A stretch of 64,000 bases of DNA from Gammaproteobacteria bacterium. GTDB lineage: Bacteria > Pseudomonadota > Gammaproteobacteria > JABABF01. Location of the stretch: contig OZ250153.1 in the NCBI GenBank assembly GCA_965237805.1, positions 960,001-1,024,000 of the forward strand, written 5' to 3'. The notes under the pieces are model-generated. The model did no database searches and had not been told where the DNA came from. It was given only the letters and a program-made list of their open reading frames with translations. Shown piece by piece: positions 10,831 through 20,728 of the stretch; position 1 is the first letter of the stretch, and every line of letters starts with the position of its first letter. The translations under genes and the position numbers were made by a program.

Positions 10831-10834
10831 CGGC

Positions 10835-11587
10835 ATGGGATCGACCGCCGCCGCCACTGCGCCACCGCCGACACCTTCGCCGGAACAGTTGCTTGGCTTG
10901 GACGACAGCCATGTGCTGTCGGCCAGTGCCTTGCCCGGCCTCGGCGTGCCGCTGCATCCGGCGGCCGGGCGAGCTTTTCTGCGGTTGCGCACGGCGGCCA
11001 CCGCCGCTGGCTTCGATTTGTGTGCGCTCAGCGGACACCGCTCTTTTGCCCGCCAGTTGGCAATTGTCAACGACAAGGCCAACGGCCAGCGTGCGCTATT
11101 GGATGCCGACGAGCGACCGCTGAACAGCGCCAGCCTGCCCCCGCCCCAGCGCCTGCGTGCGCTGTTGCGCTGGTCGGCACTGCCCGGTGCCTCGCGGCAC
11201 CACTGGGGCAGCGAAACCGATGTCTGCGATGCCGCCGCACCGCCACAGGCGGGCTGCAAGCCACTGACGCTGGCCGAGGCAGAGGGCCCCTCGGCCGCGC
11301 TCCACGCTTGGTTGGATAGCCGTATCGCCGCAGATGATGCCGAGGACTTTGTGCGGCCCTATGCCGCCACCAAACTCGGCACCGACATCGCTACCGAGCC
11401 GTGGCATCTGAGCTACGCGCCGCTGTCATCGCGCTGCGGTGCCGCGCTCGCCGAGACTGGCGGCACGGGTCTGCGCAACTTGCTGGCAGTCTCAGATTTT
11501 GCGCTACGCGATGTATTGCTCTCCGACTGGGAGCAGCTCTACCTCGACTTCGTGGTACCGCACTGGTGCCCGCCGGATCAATCGTAG
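10835..11587 (+). CDS. M15 family D,D-carboxypeptidase (VanY-like)
   Basis: SGHRSFARQ, SRHHWGSETD zinc motif and EPWH. Confidence 0.8.
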   Translation: MGSTAAATAPPPTPSPEQLLGLDDSHVLSASALPGLGVPLHPAAGRAFLRLRTAATAAGFDLCALSGHRSFARQLAIVNDKANGQRALLDADERPLNSASLPPPQRLRALLRWSALPGASRHHWGSETDVCDAAAPPQAGCKPLTLAEAEGPSAALHAWLDSRIAADDAEDFVRPYAATKLGTDIATEPWHLSYAPLSSRCGAALAETGGTGLRNLLAVSDFALRDVLLSDWEQLYLDFVVPHWCPPDQS

Positions 11588-11650
11588 CGAAACCCGAGGC
11601 CGCACAACAGGCGGGTGGCCAAGCGGCGACCGTGCGACGCAGCCCGGCGC

Positions 11651-12064
11651 TCAGCTGCCCTCGAACATGCCGAGATCGTGCATATACTTGGTGTCCATCA
11701 TTTCCCAGACCTCGACAATCTGGCCATCACGAACCGTGAAGCGGAACATGTATTCGTTGCGGTAATCGCGCCCGGCACCCGTCTTAGCGGTCATCTCGAA
11801 ATGGGCGAAGGCGCTTTCCCCGTCGGCCACCACGACCCACAGATTGACCGACAAGGTGCTGAGATCGAACATGCCTACGCCGAGGCCCAGCATTTCCATA
11901 ATCGCCTGCTTTCCCGCAAAGGCGCTACCGAAGCGGTGATATGGCGGCAGGTGCCAGAGTGCATCTTCGGACATATCCGCCAAGAAATCGCCTCCGATAT
12001 TACCGCTCAAGGCGTCAAAATAGCGTTGCACCACGCGACGCGTATCCTCTGTATCGCTCATCAT
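11651..12064 (-). CDS. NTF2/SnoaL-like protein (ketosteroid-isomerase-like fold)
   Basis: VVQRYFDAL, YRNEYMFRFTVRDGQI..VWEMMDT. Confidence 0.8.
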   Translation of the reverse strand: MMSDTEDTRRVVQRYFDALSGNIGGDFLADMSEDALWHLPPYHRFGSAFAGKQAIMEMLGLGVGMFDLSTLSVNLWVVVADGESAFAHFEMTAKTGAGRDYRNEYMFRFTVRDGQIVEVWEMMDTKYMHDLGMFEGS

Positions 12065-12215
12065 TATTTCCCTAAGACACCAAGCTATTGCCGCAGTCTA
12101 GCACAGCACATCAGATGCAATAGCTGCGCAGCGGGCAGAGACGCCGTGTGGCCAGAAATTTTGCTTGACGGTTGCGATGGGCGACTTAAGTCATACCGCT
12201 ACGCGGTAAATTTGC

Positions 12216-12244
12216 TTGACGGTTACAGCAAATCGTATTAGAGT
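12216..12244 (+). promoter_or_regulatory. Sigma70 promoter for nrdB
   Basis: TTGACG (12216-12221), N17, TAGAGT (12239-12244), in an AT-rich intergenic region. Confidence 0.6.
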
Positions 12245-12425
12245 ATGTGGTTGTATCACACAATAATGAAAGTGTTATGGAGCGTGGTGAATGTTGTCGG
12301 TAGCGACGGCAATAAATATCCCTCTCCCGTCGACGACGGCGTTTTGCCGACGGTTCAAACACGCTGTGCTCTGCGCGCAAGAATCCCCCGACCAGCTGGC
12401 TCGCTGGCAAAAATCAAAAATACAC

Positions 12426-12455
12426 GCTGGCTCGACCGACCGAGGTCGAGCCAGC
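12426..12455 (+). other. Perfect 12-bp stem-loop in the nrdB leader
   Basis: GCTGGCTCGACC-gaccga-GGTCGAGCCAGC, ~30 nt before the nrdB ATG. Confidence 0.75.
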
Positions 12456-12486
12456 ACCACTGTTTCGGTATTGGAGAAATAAGGCG

Positions 12487-13650
12487 ATGACATTGAACTG
12501 GGAAGGACTAGAACGCGACCTCAGCCCCGCCACACCCCCGCCGGATTTGGCCGCTACAGTCAATGTGGCGGCGGTCGGCGAACGCTCGATGGCCGTGGGC
12601 AGCGCTGTCAGCGGCTTGGGGCCACTGGAGATGGGTGCCGGACGGGTGCGCGCCGAAGACAAGCGGATCATCAACAGCCGCGCCGATGTCAATCAATTGG
12701 TGCCGTTGCGCTACGACTGGGCGTGGCGCAAGTACCAAGAGGGCTGCGCCAACCACTGGATGCCACAAGAGATCAACATGGCCGCCGACATCGCCCTGTG
12801 GCGCGACCCGGCGGGGCTGAGCGACGACGAGCGCCAACTGGTCGAACGCAGTCTGGGCTTCTTCTCCACCGCCGATTCACTGGTGGCCAACAATCTGGTG
12901 CTGGCGGTCTACCGCCATATCACCAACCCCGAGTGCCGCCAGTACCTCCTGCGCCAAGCATTCGAGGAGGCCATTCACACCCACGCCTACCAGTACTGCA
13001 TCGAATCCTTGGACATGGATCAGAGCGCGGTCTTCAACATGTACCGCGAGGTGCCGTCAATCGCAGACAAGGCTTCGTGGGCACTGGAATACACCCAGGA
13101 ATTGTCCAACCCCAACTTCTGTACCGGCACCCTGCAGGCCGATCAACTACTACTGCGCAACCTGATCGCCTTCTACGCTGTCTTGGAGGGCATCTTTTTC
13201 TACTGTGGCTTCTCGCAAATCCTATCGCTGGGGCGACGTAACAAGATGGTCGGCGTCGCCGGACAATTTCTCTACATCCTGCGCGACGAATCGATGCATC
13301 TGAACTTCGGCATTGATGTGATCAACCAGATCAAACGCGAAAACCCCTATCTGTGGACCCCAGAATTCCAGCGCGAGGCTAGCCGCATGATCATCGAGGG
13401 CACCGCACTCGAAGTGGCTTACGCCCGCGACTCGATGCCGCGCGGTGTCCTCGGCATGAATGCGGCCAGCATGGAGGAGTACCTGCACTTCATCGCCAAT
13501 CGCCGGCTCAGCCAGCTGGAGCTGCCGCAGCATTTCACCGCACAGAACCCCTACCCATGGCTGAGTGAGATGCTCGACAACCGCAAGTTGGAGAATTTCT
13601 TCGAAACGCGGGTCAAAGACTACCAAGTTGGCGGGGCATTGAACCGCTGA
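12487..13650 (+). CDS. nrdB: Class Ia ribonucleotide reductase beta subunit (NrdBz-type)
   Basis: [11 protein letters not shown] (Asp ligand), EEAIHTHAY (radical Tyr present), LEGIFFY, RDESMH and NFFETRV. Confidence 0.95.
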   Translation: MTLNWEGLERDLSPATPPPDLAATVNVAAVGERSMAVGSAVSGLGPLEMGAGRVRAEDKRIINSRADVNQLVPLRYDWAWRKYQEGCANHWMPQEINMAADIALWRDPAGLSDDERQLVERSLGFFSTADSLVANNLVLAVYRHITNPECRQYLLRQAFEEAIHTHAYQYCIESLDMDQSAVFNMYREVPSIADKASWALEYTQELSNPNFCTGTLQADQLLLRNLIAFYAVLEGIFFYCGFSQILSLGRRNKMVGVAGQFLYILRDESMHLNFGIDVINQIKRENPYLWTPEFQREASRMIIEGTALEVAYARDSMPRGVLGMNAASMEEYLHFIANRRLSQLELPQHFTAQNPYPWLSEMLDNRKLENFFETRVKDYQVGGALNR

Positions 13651-13734
13651 GCGAGCACACGCCACCCAGCGCAATTCCATTTGGTGCCGCGCTGTCAGCG
13701 GCTCCGCACCCGCAATTCAGGACCCCGTAGCGGT

Positions 13735-14475
13735 ATGGCCAAGTCGCCCATCGCCGACGACGAGCGCTTGGTGCATGCACTCGACCTGCCGACTGCCGAG
13801 CTGGCGCGCCGTCATGTACAGCGTCTCGGTGAGGCGGTGCGATTCTACAAAGTAGGGCTCGAACTATTTGTTGGTGGCGAGGGTACAGCGCTGGTCGACT
13901 GGCTCTTGGAGCGAGGGCTGAAGGTCTTTCTAGATCTCAAGTTTTACGATGTGCCGCGCACCGTGGCCGCCGCCGTGCGGCAGTTGCGCGGGAGAGGCAT
14001 CCATTTTCTCAGCGTGCACGGCAACGATGACATATTGCGCGCCGCCATAGAGGAGAAGGGCTCGACCGGCATCTTGGCGGTCACCGTGCTGACCAGCTTG
14101 GATCAAGGCGACCTCGCGCAACTGGGTTTGGACTGTGATCCAGCCGCCCTCGCGCTATCGCGAGCACAACGGGCACGAGCCATCGGCTGTGACGGTGTCG
14201 TCGCCTCAGCCCAAGAGGCTGCGGCTCTGCGCAGCGCGCTGGGTGATGATTGCTTGCTGTTCACCCCCGGCATCCGGCCGGCGCAGCAGCACGAACGGGA
14301 CGATCAAAAACGCACGGCAGACACTGCGGCCGCCATCGCGGCGGGAGCTGACTATATCGTCGTCGGGCGACCGATCCACGCCGCCGAGGATCCACTGGCC
14401 GCTGTCGCCGACATCCAAGCGCAGATCCGTGCAGCGCTGGCCGCCCGTCACTGCGACGAGACCAAGCTCAGCTGA
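13735..14475 (+). CDS. pyrF: Orotidine-5'-phosphate decarboxylase
   Basis: ALD, KVGLEL, FLDLKFYDVPRT, TPGIR, DDQKR and VVGRPI. Confidence 0.95.
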   Translation: MAKSPIADDERLVHALDLPTAELARRHVQRLGEAVRFYKVGLELFVGGEGTALVDWLLERGLKVFLDLKFYDVPRTVAAAVRQLRGRGIHFLSVHGNDDILRAAIEEKGSTGILAVTVLTSLDQGDLAQLGLDCDPAALALSRAQRARAIGCDGVVASAQEAAALRSALGDDCLLFTPGIRPAQQHERDDQKRTADTAAAIAAGADYIVVGRPIHAAEDPLAAVADIQAQIRAALAARHCDETKLS

Positions 14476-14490
14476 GCCCAGCCGCCACCC

Positions 14491-17400
14491 TCACTGACAG
14501 GCCTCGCAGTCCGGCGCGTCCAACAGACAGGTAGCATCCGCACTGCTGCCGATTGCAACCGCATTCAACTCGCTGCGATCTACCGTGGCCTTCTCAGAGC
14601 TGGTCGCACCGCGCGAGCGCAGGTAATAGGTGGTCTTGATGCCCATCAGCCAAGCGTTGCAGTAAATCAATGACAGGGTGTTGAGGGAGATGTCTTTGGG
14701 CACATAGAGGTTCAGCGATTGCGACTGGTCGATCCACTTCTGCCGCCGCGATGCGGCCTCGATCAGCCACTGCGGCGAGACCTCGTGGGCAGTGGCGTAG
14801 AGGGTGCGCAAGGCCTCCGGCACGCGGTCGATTTTACGCAGGCTGCCCTCGTAGAACTTGAGGTCGTTGATCATCACCTCATCCCACAGCCCGAGCGATT
14901 TCAGTTCCCGCACCATATAGGAATTGATCACTGTGTATTGCCCAGAGAGGTTCGAGACCACATAGAGATTGCTGAAAGTGGGCTCGATCGACGGGCTGAC
15001 GCCGACGATGTTGGCGATGGTCGCCGTGGGGGCGATGGCCATCACATTGGAGTTGCGCATGCCTTGGCTCGTGACGCGCTCGCGCAGACTGTCCCAGTCC
15101 ATCGTCTGGCTGGTGTCGACCTCCAATTGATCATCAGAGCGCTGTTCGCGCAACAATTCCATCGAATCGATCGGCAGGATGCCCCGGCTCCACAAAGAGC
15201 CTTTGAAGCTCTCGTAGGCACCGCGCTCTAGCGCCAAATCCGAGGAGGTGCGAATGGCGAAGTAGCTGATCACCTCCATGGCGCGGTCGGCAAAATCCAC
15301 AGCTGCTTGGCTGGCGTACGGGATGCGCTGAAGCAACAAGGCATCCTGAAAGCCCATCATGCCCAAGCCCACCGGACGGTGACGACTGTTCGAGCGCTGC
15401 GCCGCCTGCACGGCGTAGTAATTGATGTCGATGACGTTGTCCAACATGCGCACCGCCGTCGTCACCGTGCGCTCGATCTTTTCGATATCCAAAACCAACG
15501 GCGCATCGCCCATCGGCGTCTCGCCCGCCTGCGGCTCGCGCAGGTGATTAGCCAAGTTCAGCGAGCCGAGATTGCACACCGCGATCTCTTCGGCATCCGT
15601 TTCGGCAGATGTGTTCAGCGTGATTTCGGTGCACAGATTCGAGGAGTGCACCACGCCGCAGTGCTGCTGCGGCGAGCGCAGGTTGCAGCTGTCCTTGAAA
15701 GTGACCCACGGCGTGCCAGTCTCAAACAGCTGGGTGATGATCTTGTGCCACAGATCCTCGGCTGGCAGCTTGCGGTGCTGCCCCATCTCGCCACGCTCGG
15801 CGCTCGCTTCGTACTCTTGATAGCGACGCTTGAAAGCAAGGCCGCACAGATCGTGCAAATCGGCCACCTCTTCGGGCGAGAACAGCGTCCAGTCGGCTTT
15901 TGCCATCACCCGTTCGAGGAATAGATCCGGAATCCACAGTGCCGTGAAGATGTCGTGTGTGCGACGGCGCTCATCGCCAGTGTTCTTGCGCAGCTCGAGA
16001 AAAGATTCCACATCCAAATGCCAAGGCTCTAAGTAAGCACACAGCGCACCGAGCCGCTTACCGCCTTGATCCACCGCCACCGCCGTGTCGTTGGCCACTT
16101 TGAGGAAAGGGATGATACCGCCAGAGCGTCCGTTGGTGCCGGCGATGCGCGCACCGATGGCCCGCACTGGTGTCCAGTCGTTGCCCAAGCCACCGGCCCA
16201 CTTCGACAGCATGGCGTTGTCCCGGATAGCTCCGAAGATACCATCCAAGTCGTCGGGTACCGTGCTCAGGAAGCATGAGGACAACTGCGGGTGCCTAGTG
16301 CCAGCATTGAACAGCGTCGGTGTCGAGCACATGTGGTCAAAGGAGGATAACAGCCGGTAGAAGTCCGCCGCACGCGCCGTACGCTCTTCCTCTTTCTCGT
16401 GCAGGGCGAGCCCCATGGCAACGCGCATCAGGAACAGCTGCGGCAGCTCGATGCGTCGGTCGGCGGCATCCTGCAGAAAATAACGATCGCAGAGGGTCTG
16501 CAGGCCGAAGATGGTAAATTGCAGATCCCGCTCTGGCGCCAGCTCCTGCCCCAGCTGCTGCAAATCGAAAGCCCGCAGTTCCGGGCTGAGCCTTTGCAAT
16601 TCGATGCCCCGCTCGACGAAAGCTGCCAAAGCGGCGGGATACAGCGCCGCTATCTGCTGCTGATCCACGCCGCCGAAACCGGCGCTGAGCGGGCTACGCG
16701 CCGACGACAGTTCCCCCTCCATGCCCAGCGCAACTAACACCTCCCGCCGCAGCTGGGAGAGCCGCAGTCGAGCGGCAACATAGCTGTAGTTGTTCTCCTG
16801 CTCGACCAAGGGACGAGCGCTGATAATCATCGCCTCGACCAAGTTGGCCTCTTCGATACCATCGTGGATTTCGCGCAACACACGCTCTAGCAACAACTCG
16901 GCACTGGTGTCCTCCAAGCCCGCGCAGGCCTCTTGCAGGCAGGCGACCAGTACGGCACGACCCAACGCCCGCCGTTGCCCGAGAGCATCCACCACTTCCA
17001 GCGGTCGCCGACCACCCTGCCCGTCATCTAGCCACTGGGCGGGTTCGTCTTCTGCCGCGCCCTTATCATCAGCCAGCGTCTCGCCGTCGTCCTGTTCCCA
17101 TTGCGCCTGCTGCTGCGCTTCGTGTTGCTTGCGTGTAATGGCGCGTTCTTCCCGGTAGAGCACATAGCGGCGCGCCACTTGGTGGTGGGCGCCACGCATC
17201 AACGCCAATTCCACCTGGTCTTGGATTTCCTCGATATCCAAAGCTCCGCCCGAAGGCAGGCGGCGCATAAAGATGGCCAGGATCTGCTGACTCAGCTGCT
17301 GCACCAACTCCCGCACCCGAGCCGAGCTGGCTGCCGCCTCGCCCTCGACGGCGAGAAACGCTTTGGTGATCGCAATAGCAACCTTGCTCTGATCGTAGGG

Positions 17401-17556
17401 CACCAAGCCCCCGTTGCGCTTGATGACCTGCAACAGGCCAGGCGTGGCATGAATATTTGCAATGGAGCTGCCCGCCTCCGCCTTATGTGATGCGACATCG
17501 GCTGGCGTGCTACCCAGCGTCGCTGCCGAGCCCGCAGGCACCATTTTTTCATCCAT
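14491..17556 (-). CDS. nrdA: Class Ia ribonucleotide reductase alpha subunit with a double ATP cone (NrdAz-type)
   Basis: VIKRNG ATP cone, TPTLFNAG, LSSCF, SNLCTEI, AIAPTAT, KTTYYLR and C-terminal CEACQ. Start taken at ATG 17556. Confidence 0.95.
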   Translation of the reverse strand: MDEKMVPAGSAATLGSTPADVASHKAEAGSSIANIHATPGLLQVIKRNGGLVPYDQSKVAIAITKAFLAVEGEAAASSARVRELVQQLSQQILAIFMRRLPSGGALDIEEIQDQVELALMRGAHHQVARRYVLYREERAITRKQHEAQQQAQWEQDDGETLADDKGAAEDEPAQWLDDGQGGRRPLEVVDALGQRRALGRAVLVACLQEACAGLEDTSAELLLERVLREIHDGIEEANLVEAMIISARPLVEQENNYSYVAARLRLSQLRREVLVALGMEGELSSARSPLSAGFGGVDQQQIAALYPAALAAFVERGIELQRLSPELRAFDLQQLGQELAPERDLQFTIFGLQTLCDRYFLQDAADRRIELPQLFLMRVAMGLALHEKEEERTARAADFYRLLSSFDHMCSTPTLFNAGTRHPQLSSCFLSTVPDDLDGIFGAIRDNAMLSKWAGGLGNDWTPVRAIGARIAGTNGRSGGIIPFLKVANDTAVAVDQGGKRLGALCAYLEPWHLDVESFLELRKNTGDERRRTHDIFTALWIPDLFLERVMAKADWTLFSPEEVADLHDLCGLAFKRRYQEYEASAERGEMGQHRKLPAEDLWHKIITQLFETGTPWVTFKDSCNLRSPQQHCGVVHSSNLCTEITLNTSAETDAEEIAVCNLGSLNLANHLREPQAGETPMGDAPLVLDIEKIERTVTTAVRMLDNVIDINYYAVQAAQRSNSRHRPVGLGMMGFQDALLLQRIPYASQAAVDFADRAMEVISYFAIRTSSDLALERGAYESFKGSLWSRGILPIDSMELLREQRSDDQLEVDTSQTMDWDSLRERVTSQGMRNSNVMAIAPTATIANIVGVSPSIEPTFSNLYVVSNLSGQYTVINSYMVRELKSLGLWDEVMINDLKFYEGSLRKIDRVPEALRTLYATAHEVSPQWLIEAASRRQKWIDQSQSLNLYVPKDISLNTLSLIYCNAWLMGIKTTYYLRSRGATSSEKATVDRSELNAVAIGSSADATCLLDAPDCEACQ

Positions 17557-17969
17557 ATCCGGTATGAAACCCCCTGCAATTAGCGAAACTGATTGCGATG
17601 ACTTTGAGCTCCCCCATGAAGCCGCGCAATATCTGAAATGCAAAACAGCAAATCAGTTGCGAGCCTAACATATTTTCTGGAGCTCTGCCGATGCCGCCAA
17701 AGGAATGCTTGGGGGAACAGCAAAAGCACCCATCCCCCGACGCGCCAATCGTGGGCCAGCCTCATCGCGTCAAATAAAGTGATTATTTATTAGGTATTTA
17801 CGCTTTGTCCGCCAAATTTTAACCGCTGTGGGGCGATGCGCAGACCACCCGCTATCCAGATAGATGCCAGCTGGAAAATGTCGCGACTTGAGGAGGTATA
17901 AATAATATTGATGCAAGTGCTTTAGTCGAAAATATTTTGGCACTTTGACAACTATAATTTGGCCTCATC

Positions 17970-18929
17970 TCAGCGCTTGCCGCCAGGGTTTCCGGGCAAC
18001 AAAAACTCCAGCAAAGCTTTTTGCGCATGCAGGCGATTCTCCGCCTCGTCCCAGACGACGCTGTCGGGGGCATCGATCAGCTCTGCCGCCACCTCCTCGC
18101 CACGGTGCGCTGGCAGGCAGTGCATGAAGAGCGCATCCGCTTCGGCCAAGGCCATCAGCTTGGGCCCCACGCAGTAGGAGGCCAGACTGCTCTGGGACCG
18201 CTCAGCCTCCCGGTCTTGACCCAGCGATGTCCAGACATCGGTCACCAGCAGCGCGGCACCGCACGCCGCCACCTGCGGGTCCCGCACCAGCTCGGCACCG
18301 GGACAAGCAGCTAGGGCTGCCGCATCCGGCTCGTGACCCTCGGGCGCGGCGATACGCAGCCCAAAGCCGAGCAGGCGGCTGGCCTGCAACCAAGTATGGC
18401 AGACATTGTTGCCATCCCCGATCCAAGCCACGACGCGCCCTGCGATGTCACCGCGGTGTTCGCAATAGGTCTGTAGATCGGCCAATAGTTGGCAGGGGTG
18501 ATAGCGCTTGGTCAGGCCGTTGATCACTGGCACGGTGGCGGCAGCTGCCAAACGCTCAAGCAGCTCGTGTTCCAAGGTGCGCACGACTAGTGCATCGACA
18601 TAGCGCGACAGGACTCTGGCGGTATCTTCCGGTGACTCGCCACGCTCCAGCTGCAGTTCGGAGGCGTTCAGAGACAGCGGCTTGCCGCCTAATTCGGCGA
18701 TGCCAACTTCGAATGAGACGCGGGTGCGGGTCGAGGGCTGGTCAAAAAGCAGGGCGACGCTACGGTCGGCCAAGGGCTGTGGTGCCCTAGGATCGCCTCT
18801 CAGTGTCTTCCACTCGCGACCGCGTGCGATCAGCCCCTGCAGCTCGGCCGCACTCAGATCGTCCAGCGACAGCAGATGGCGCACAGCTTCCGGCACTGCT
18901 GACGGACTAGCTGTCACCGTCGGGAGCAT
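17970..18929 (-). CDS. argF: Ornithine carbamoyltransferase
   Basis: STRTRVSFE, HPCQ, GDGNNV, HCLPAHRG and AENRLH. Confidence 0.95.
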   Translation of the reverse strand: MLPTVTASPSAVPEAVRHLLSLDDLSAAELQGLIARGREWKTLRGDPRAPQPLADRSVALLFDQPSTRTRVSFEVGIAELGGKPLSLNASELQLERGESPEDTARVLSRYVDALVVRTLEHELLERLAAAATVPVINGLTKRYHPCQLLADLQTYCEHRGDIAGRVVAWIGDGNNVCHTWLQASRLLGFGLRIAAPEGHEPDAAALAACPGAELVRDPQVAACGAALLVTDVWTSLGQDREAERSQSSLASYCVGPKLMALAEADALFMHCLPAHRGEEVAAELIDAPDSVVWDEAENRLHAQKALLEFLLPGNPGGKR

Positions 18930-20142
18930 GGCCGAGATGCCCCCGCACCAAGCGGATCACCCGCTCGACCAAATCCTCAGCCTCTGCGTCGCTGAGAATC
19001 AGCGGCGGCAGCAGCCGCAACACCGAGTCGGCCGTGACATTGACCAGCAAACCTGCCGCCAGCGCCTCACCGACCAAATTCCCGCAGGGCCGCTCCAGCT
19101 GTATGCCGATCATCAGGCCGGCACCGCGGATCTCGCGCACCCCGAGCAGGCCGCCGAGACCGATCTGCAACGCAGCCTGTAGCCGCGCCCCCAGCTCGGC
19201 CGCCCGTGCGCACAGACCCTCCTGCTCGATGGTGTCGACAACGGCCAGTGCCGCCGCACAGGCCAGCGGGTTGCCACCAAAGGTGGAGCCGTGGTCGCCC
19301 GCGGCCAGCAATTCGGTGGCCGCCGCCGCGACCATACAGGCACCGATGGGGACACCGTTGCCGAGGCCCTTGGCCGTGGTCAGCACATCCGGGCGCACAT
19401 CCTCGCCATGGCAGGCATACCAGTGGCCGGTACGACCGTTGCCGCTCTGCACTTCGTCCAGCATCAGCAACCACTGATGCCGGTCGCAGAGCTCGCGCAA
19501 GCCGCGCAGATAACCCGCTGGCGGCAGCTGAATGCCAGCCTCGCCCTGCACCGGCTCGACCAGAACAGCCGCTACTTCCGGGCGGGTCTCGGCGATACGC
19601 TGCACCGCATCGAGATCGCCGAAAGGGGCGCGCACAAAGCCCTCGACCAGCGCGCCGAAACCGCTTTGGATGCGGCGCTGCCCCGAGGCGCTGAGGGTGG
19701 CCAAGCTGCGCCCGTGGAAAGCATTTTCCATGACGATGATTTGTGGCTGGCGGAAGCCGCGGCGGACTCCGTGACGGCGCGCCAGCTTGATCGCCGCCTC
19801 ATTGGCTTCAGAACCGGAATTGCAGAAAAAGACGCGCTCCATGCCAGCGACGGCACACAGCCGCCGCGAGAGCGTTTCCTGCGCTTCGATCTGGTAGAGA
19901 TTAGAGCAATGCAACAGGCGAGCGGCCTGCGCGCCCAGCGCCTCGCTTAGCGCCGGATGGGCGTGCCCCAAACCACAGACGGCAATACCACTGAGGGCAT
20001 CCAGCCAGGCCCGACCCTCGGCATCGTAGAGCCACGCCCCAATGCCGTGGCTAAAGCGCACCGGCAGGCGTGCGTAGACTGGCACCAAGTGGTCCGTGGC
20101 TGGAGGCCCCGGGATGGCCCGTGCGACATTGGCATGCTTCAT
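18907..20142 (-). CDS. argD: Acetylornithine aminotransferase
   Basis: NSGSEANEAAIK, FHGRS, EPVQGE, DEVQSG, AKGLGNG and HGSTFGGNP. Directly upstream of argF. Confidence 0.9.
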   Translation of the reverse strand: MKHANVARAIPGPPATDHLVPVYARLPVRFSHGIGAWLYDAEGRAWLDALSGIAVCGLGHAHPALSEALGAQAARLLHCSNLYQIEAQETLSRRLCAVAGMERVFFCNSGSEANEAAIKLARRHGVRRGFRQPQIIVMENAFHGRSLATLSASGQRRIQSGFGALVEGFVRAPFGDLDAVQRIAETRPEVAAVLVEPVQGEAGIQLPPAGYLRGLRELCDRHQWLLMLDEVQSGNGRTGHWYACHGEDVRPDVLTTAKGLGNGVPIGACMVAAAATELLAAGDHGSTFGGNPLACAAALAVVDTIEQEGLCARAAELGARLQAALQIGLGGLLGVREIRGAGLMIGIQLERPCGNLVGEALAAGLLVNVTADSVLRLLPPLILSDAEAEDLVERVIRLVRGHLGHAPDGDS

Positions 20143-20317
20143 GGGATCGGCGGCAGAGCGCGGCAAGGGGGAGACATTCTAGAGACCCCCAGTACAAAAG
20201 TAAACCAGAGCCCCGCGCTACCGCAAAAATCTTTGCCCATCAGCGGACAGCTGCAGGCTTTGCGATATATAATGTGCGGATGCCATTTTCACCACAGATA
20301 AGGCGGCTGAGGAGGCC

Positions 20318-20695
20318 ATGACCAGCGCACCGTCGGCAGCGGCAGAGATCGGCGATACCGAGGTCACCCACCGTATCGAGCAGCAATTGCGGGATCATCA
20401 GATTCTGCTGTATATGAAAGGCTCGCCCCACCAGCCCCGTTGCGGTTTTTCGGGGCGCGTCATCGAAATTTTAGTTGAGATCGGGCAGCGTTTCGCTTTT
20501 GTCGACATCCTCGACAATCCGGACATCCGCCGAGTGTTGCCCGACTTTGCCCAGTGGCCCACTTTCCCCCAGTTGTGGCTGGAAGGTGAATTGATCGGCG
20601 GCTGCGACATCGTCGAAGAGCTGCACCGCAAGGGTGAGTTGCGCTCGAAGATCGAGCGTGCAGCAACAACAGAAACAGCCCCCTCCGCTCAATAG
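20318..20695 (+). CDS. grxD: Monothiol glutaredoxin Grx4
   Basis: YMKG, CGFS, WPTFPQL and GGCDI. Confidence 0.95.
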   Translation: MTSAPSAAAEIGDTEVTHRIEQQLRDHQILLYMKGSPHQPRCGFSGRVIEILVEIGQRFAFVDILDNPDIRRVLPDFAQWPTFPQLWLEGELIGGCDIVEELHRKGELRSKIERAATTETAPSAQ

Positions 20696-20728
20696 CCTAG
20701 CCAACCTGCCCCACCAGCACGGCAGCTA

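Noticed and set aside
12230-12290. NrdR boxes upstream of nrdB
   Set aside because: Only a degenerate match (GAGTATGTGG), with no properly spaced pair.
12251-12486. Cobalamin riboswitch in the nrdB leader
   Set aside because: No B12-box or GGGAA/GCAACTGT core visible.
12487-13650. Possible class Ic (Mn/Fe, tyrosine-less) NrdB
   Set aside because: It has the Asp first ligand (STAD) and the radical Tyr (HTHAY), so it is class Ia.
14491-17556. Intein or intron in the long NrdA
   Set aside because: The extra length is explained by a second ATP cone and acidic linkers. No splice-junction or homing-endonuclease motifs.
17557-17969. NrdR boxes or a promoter upstream of nrdA
   Set aside because: CAATATCTGA and TAACATATTT are weak matches 39 bp apart. 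The TTGACA and TATAAT near 17945 are only 2 bp apart and on the wrong strand.
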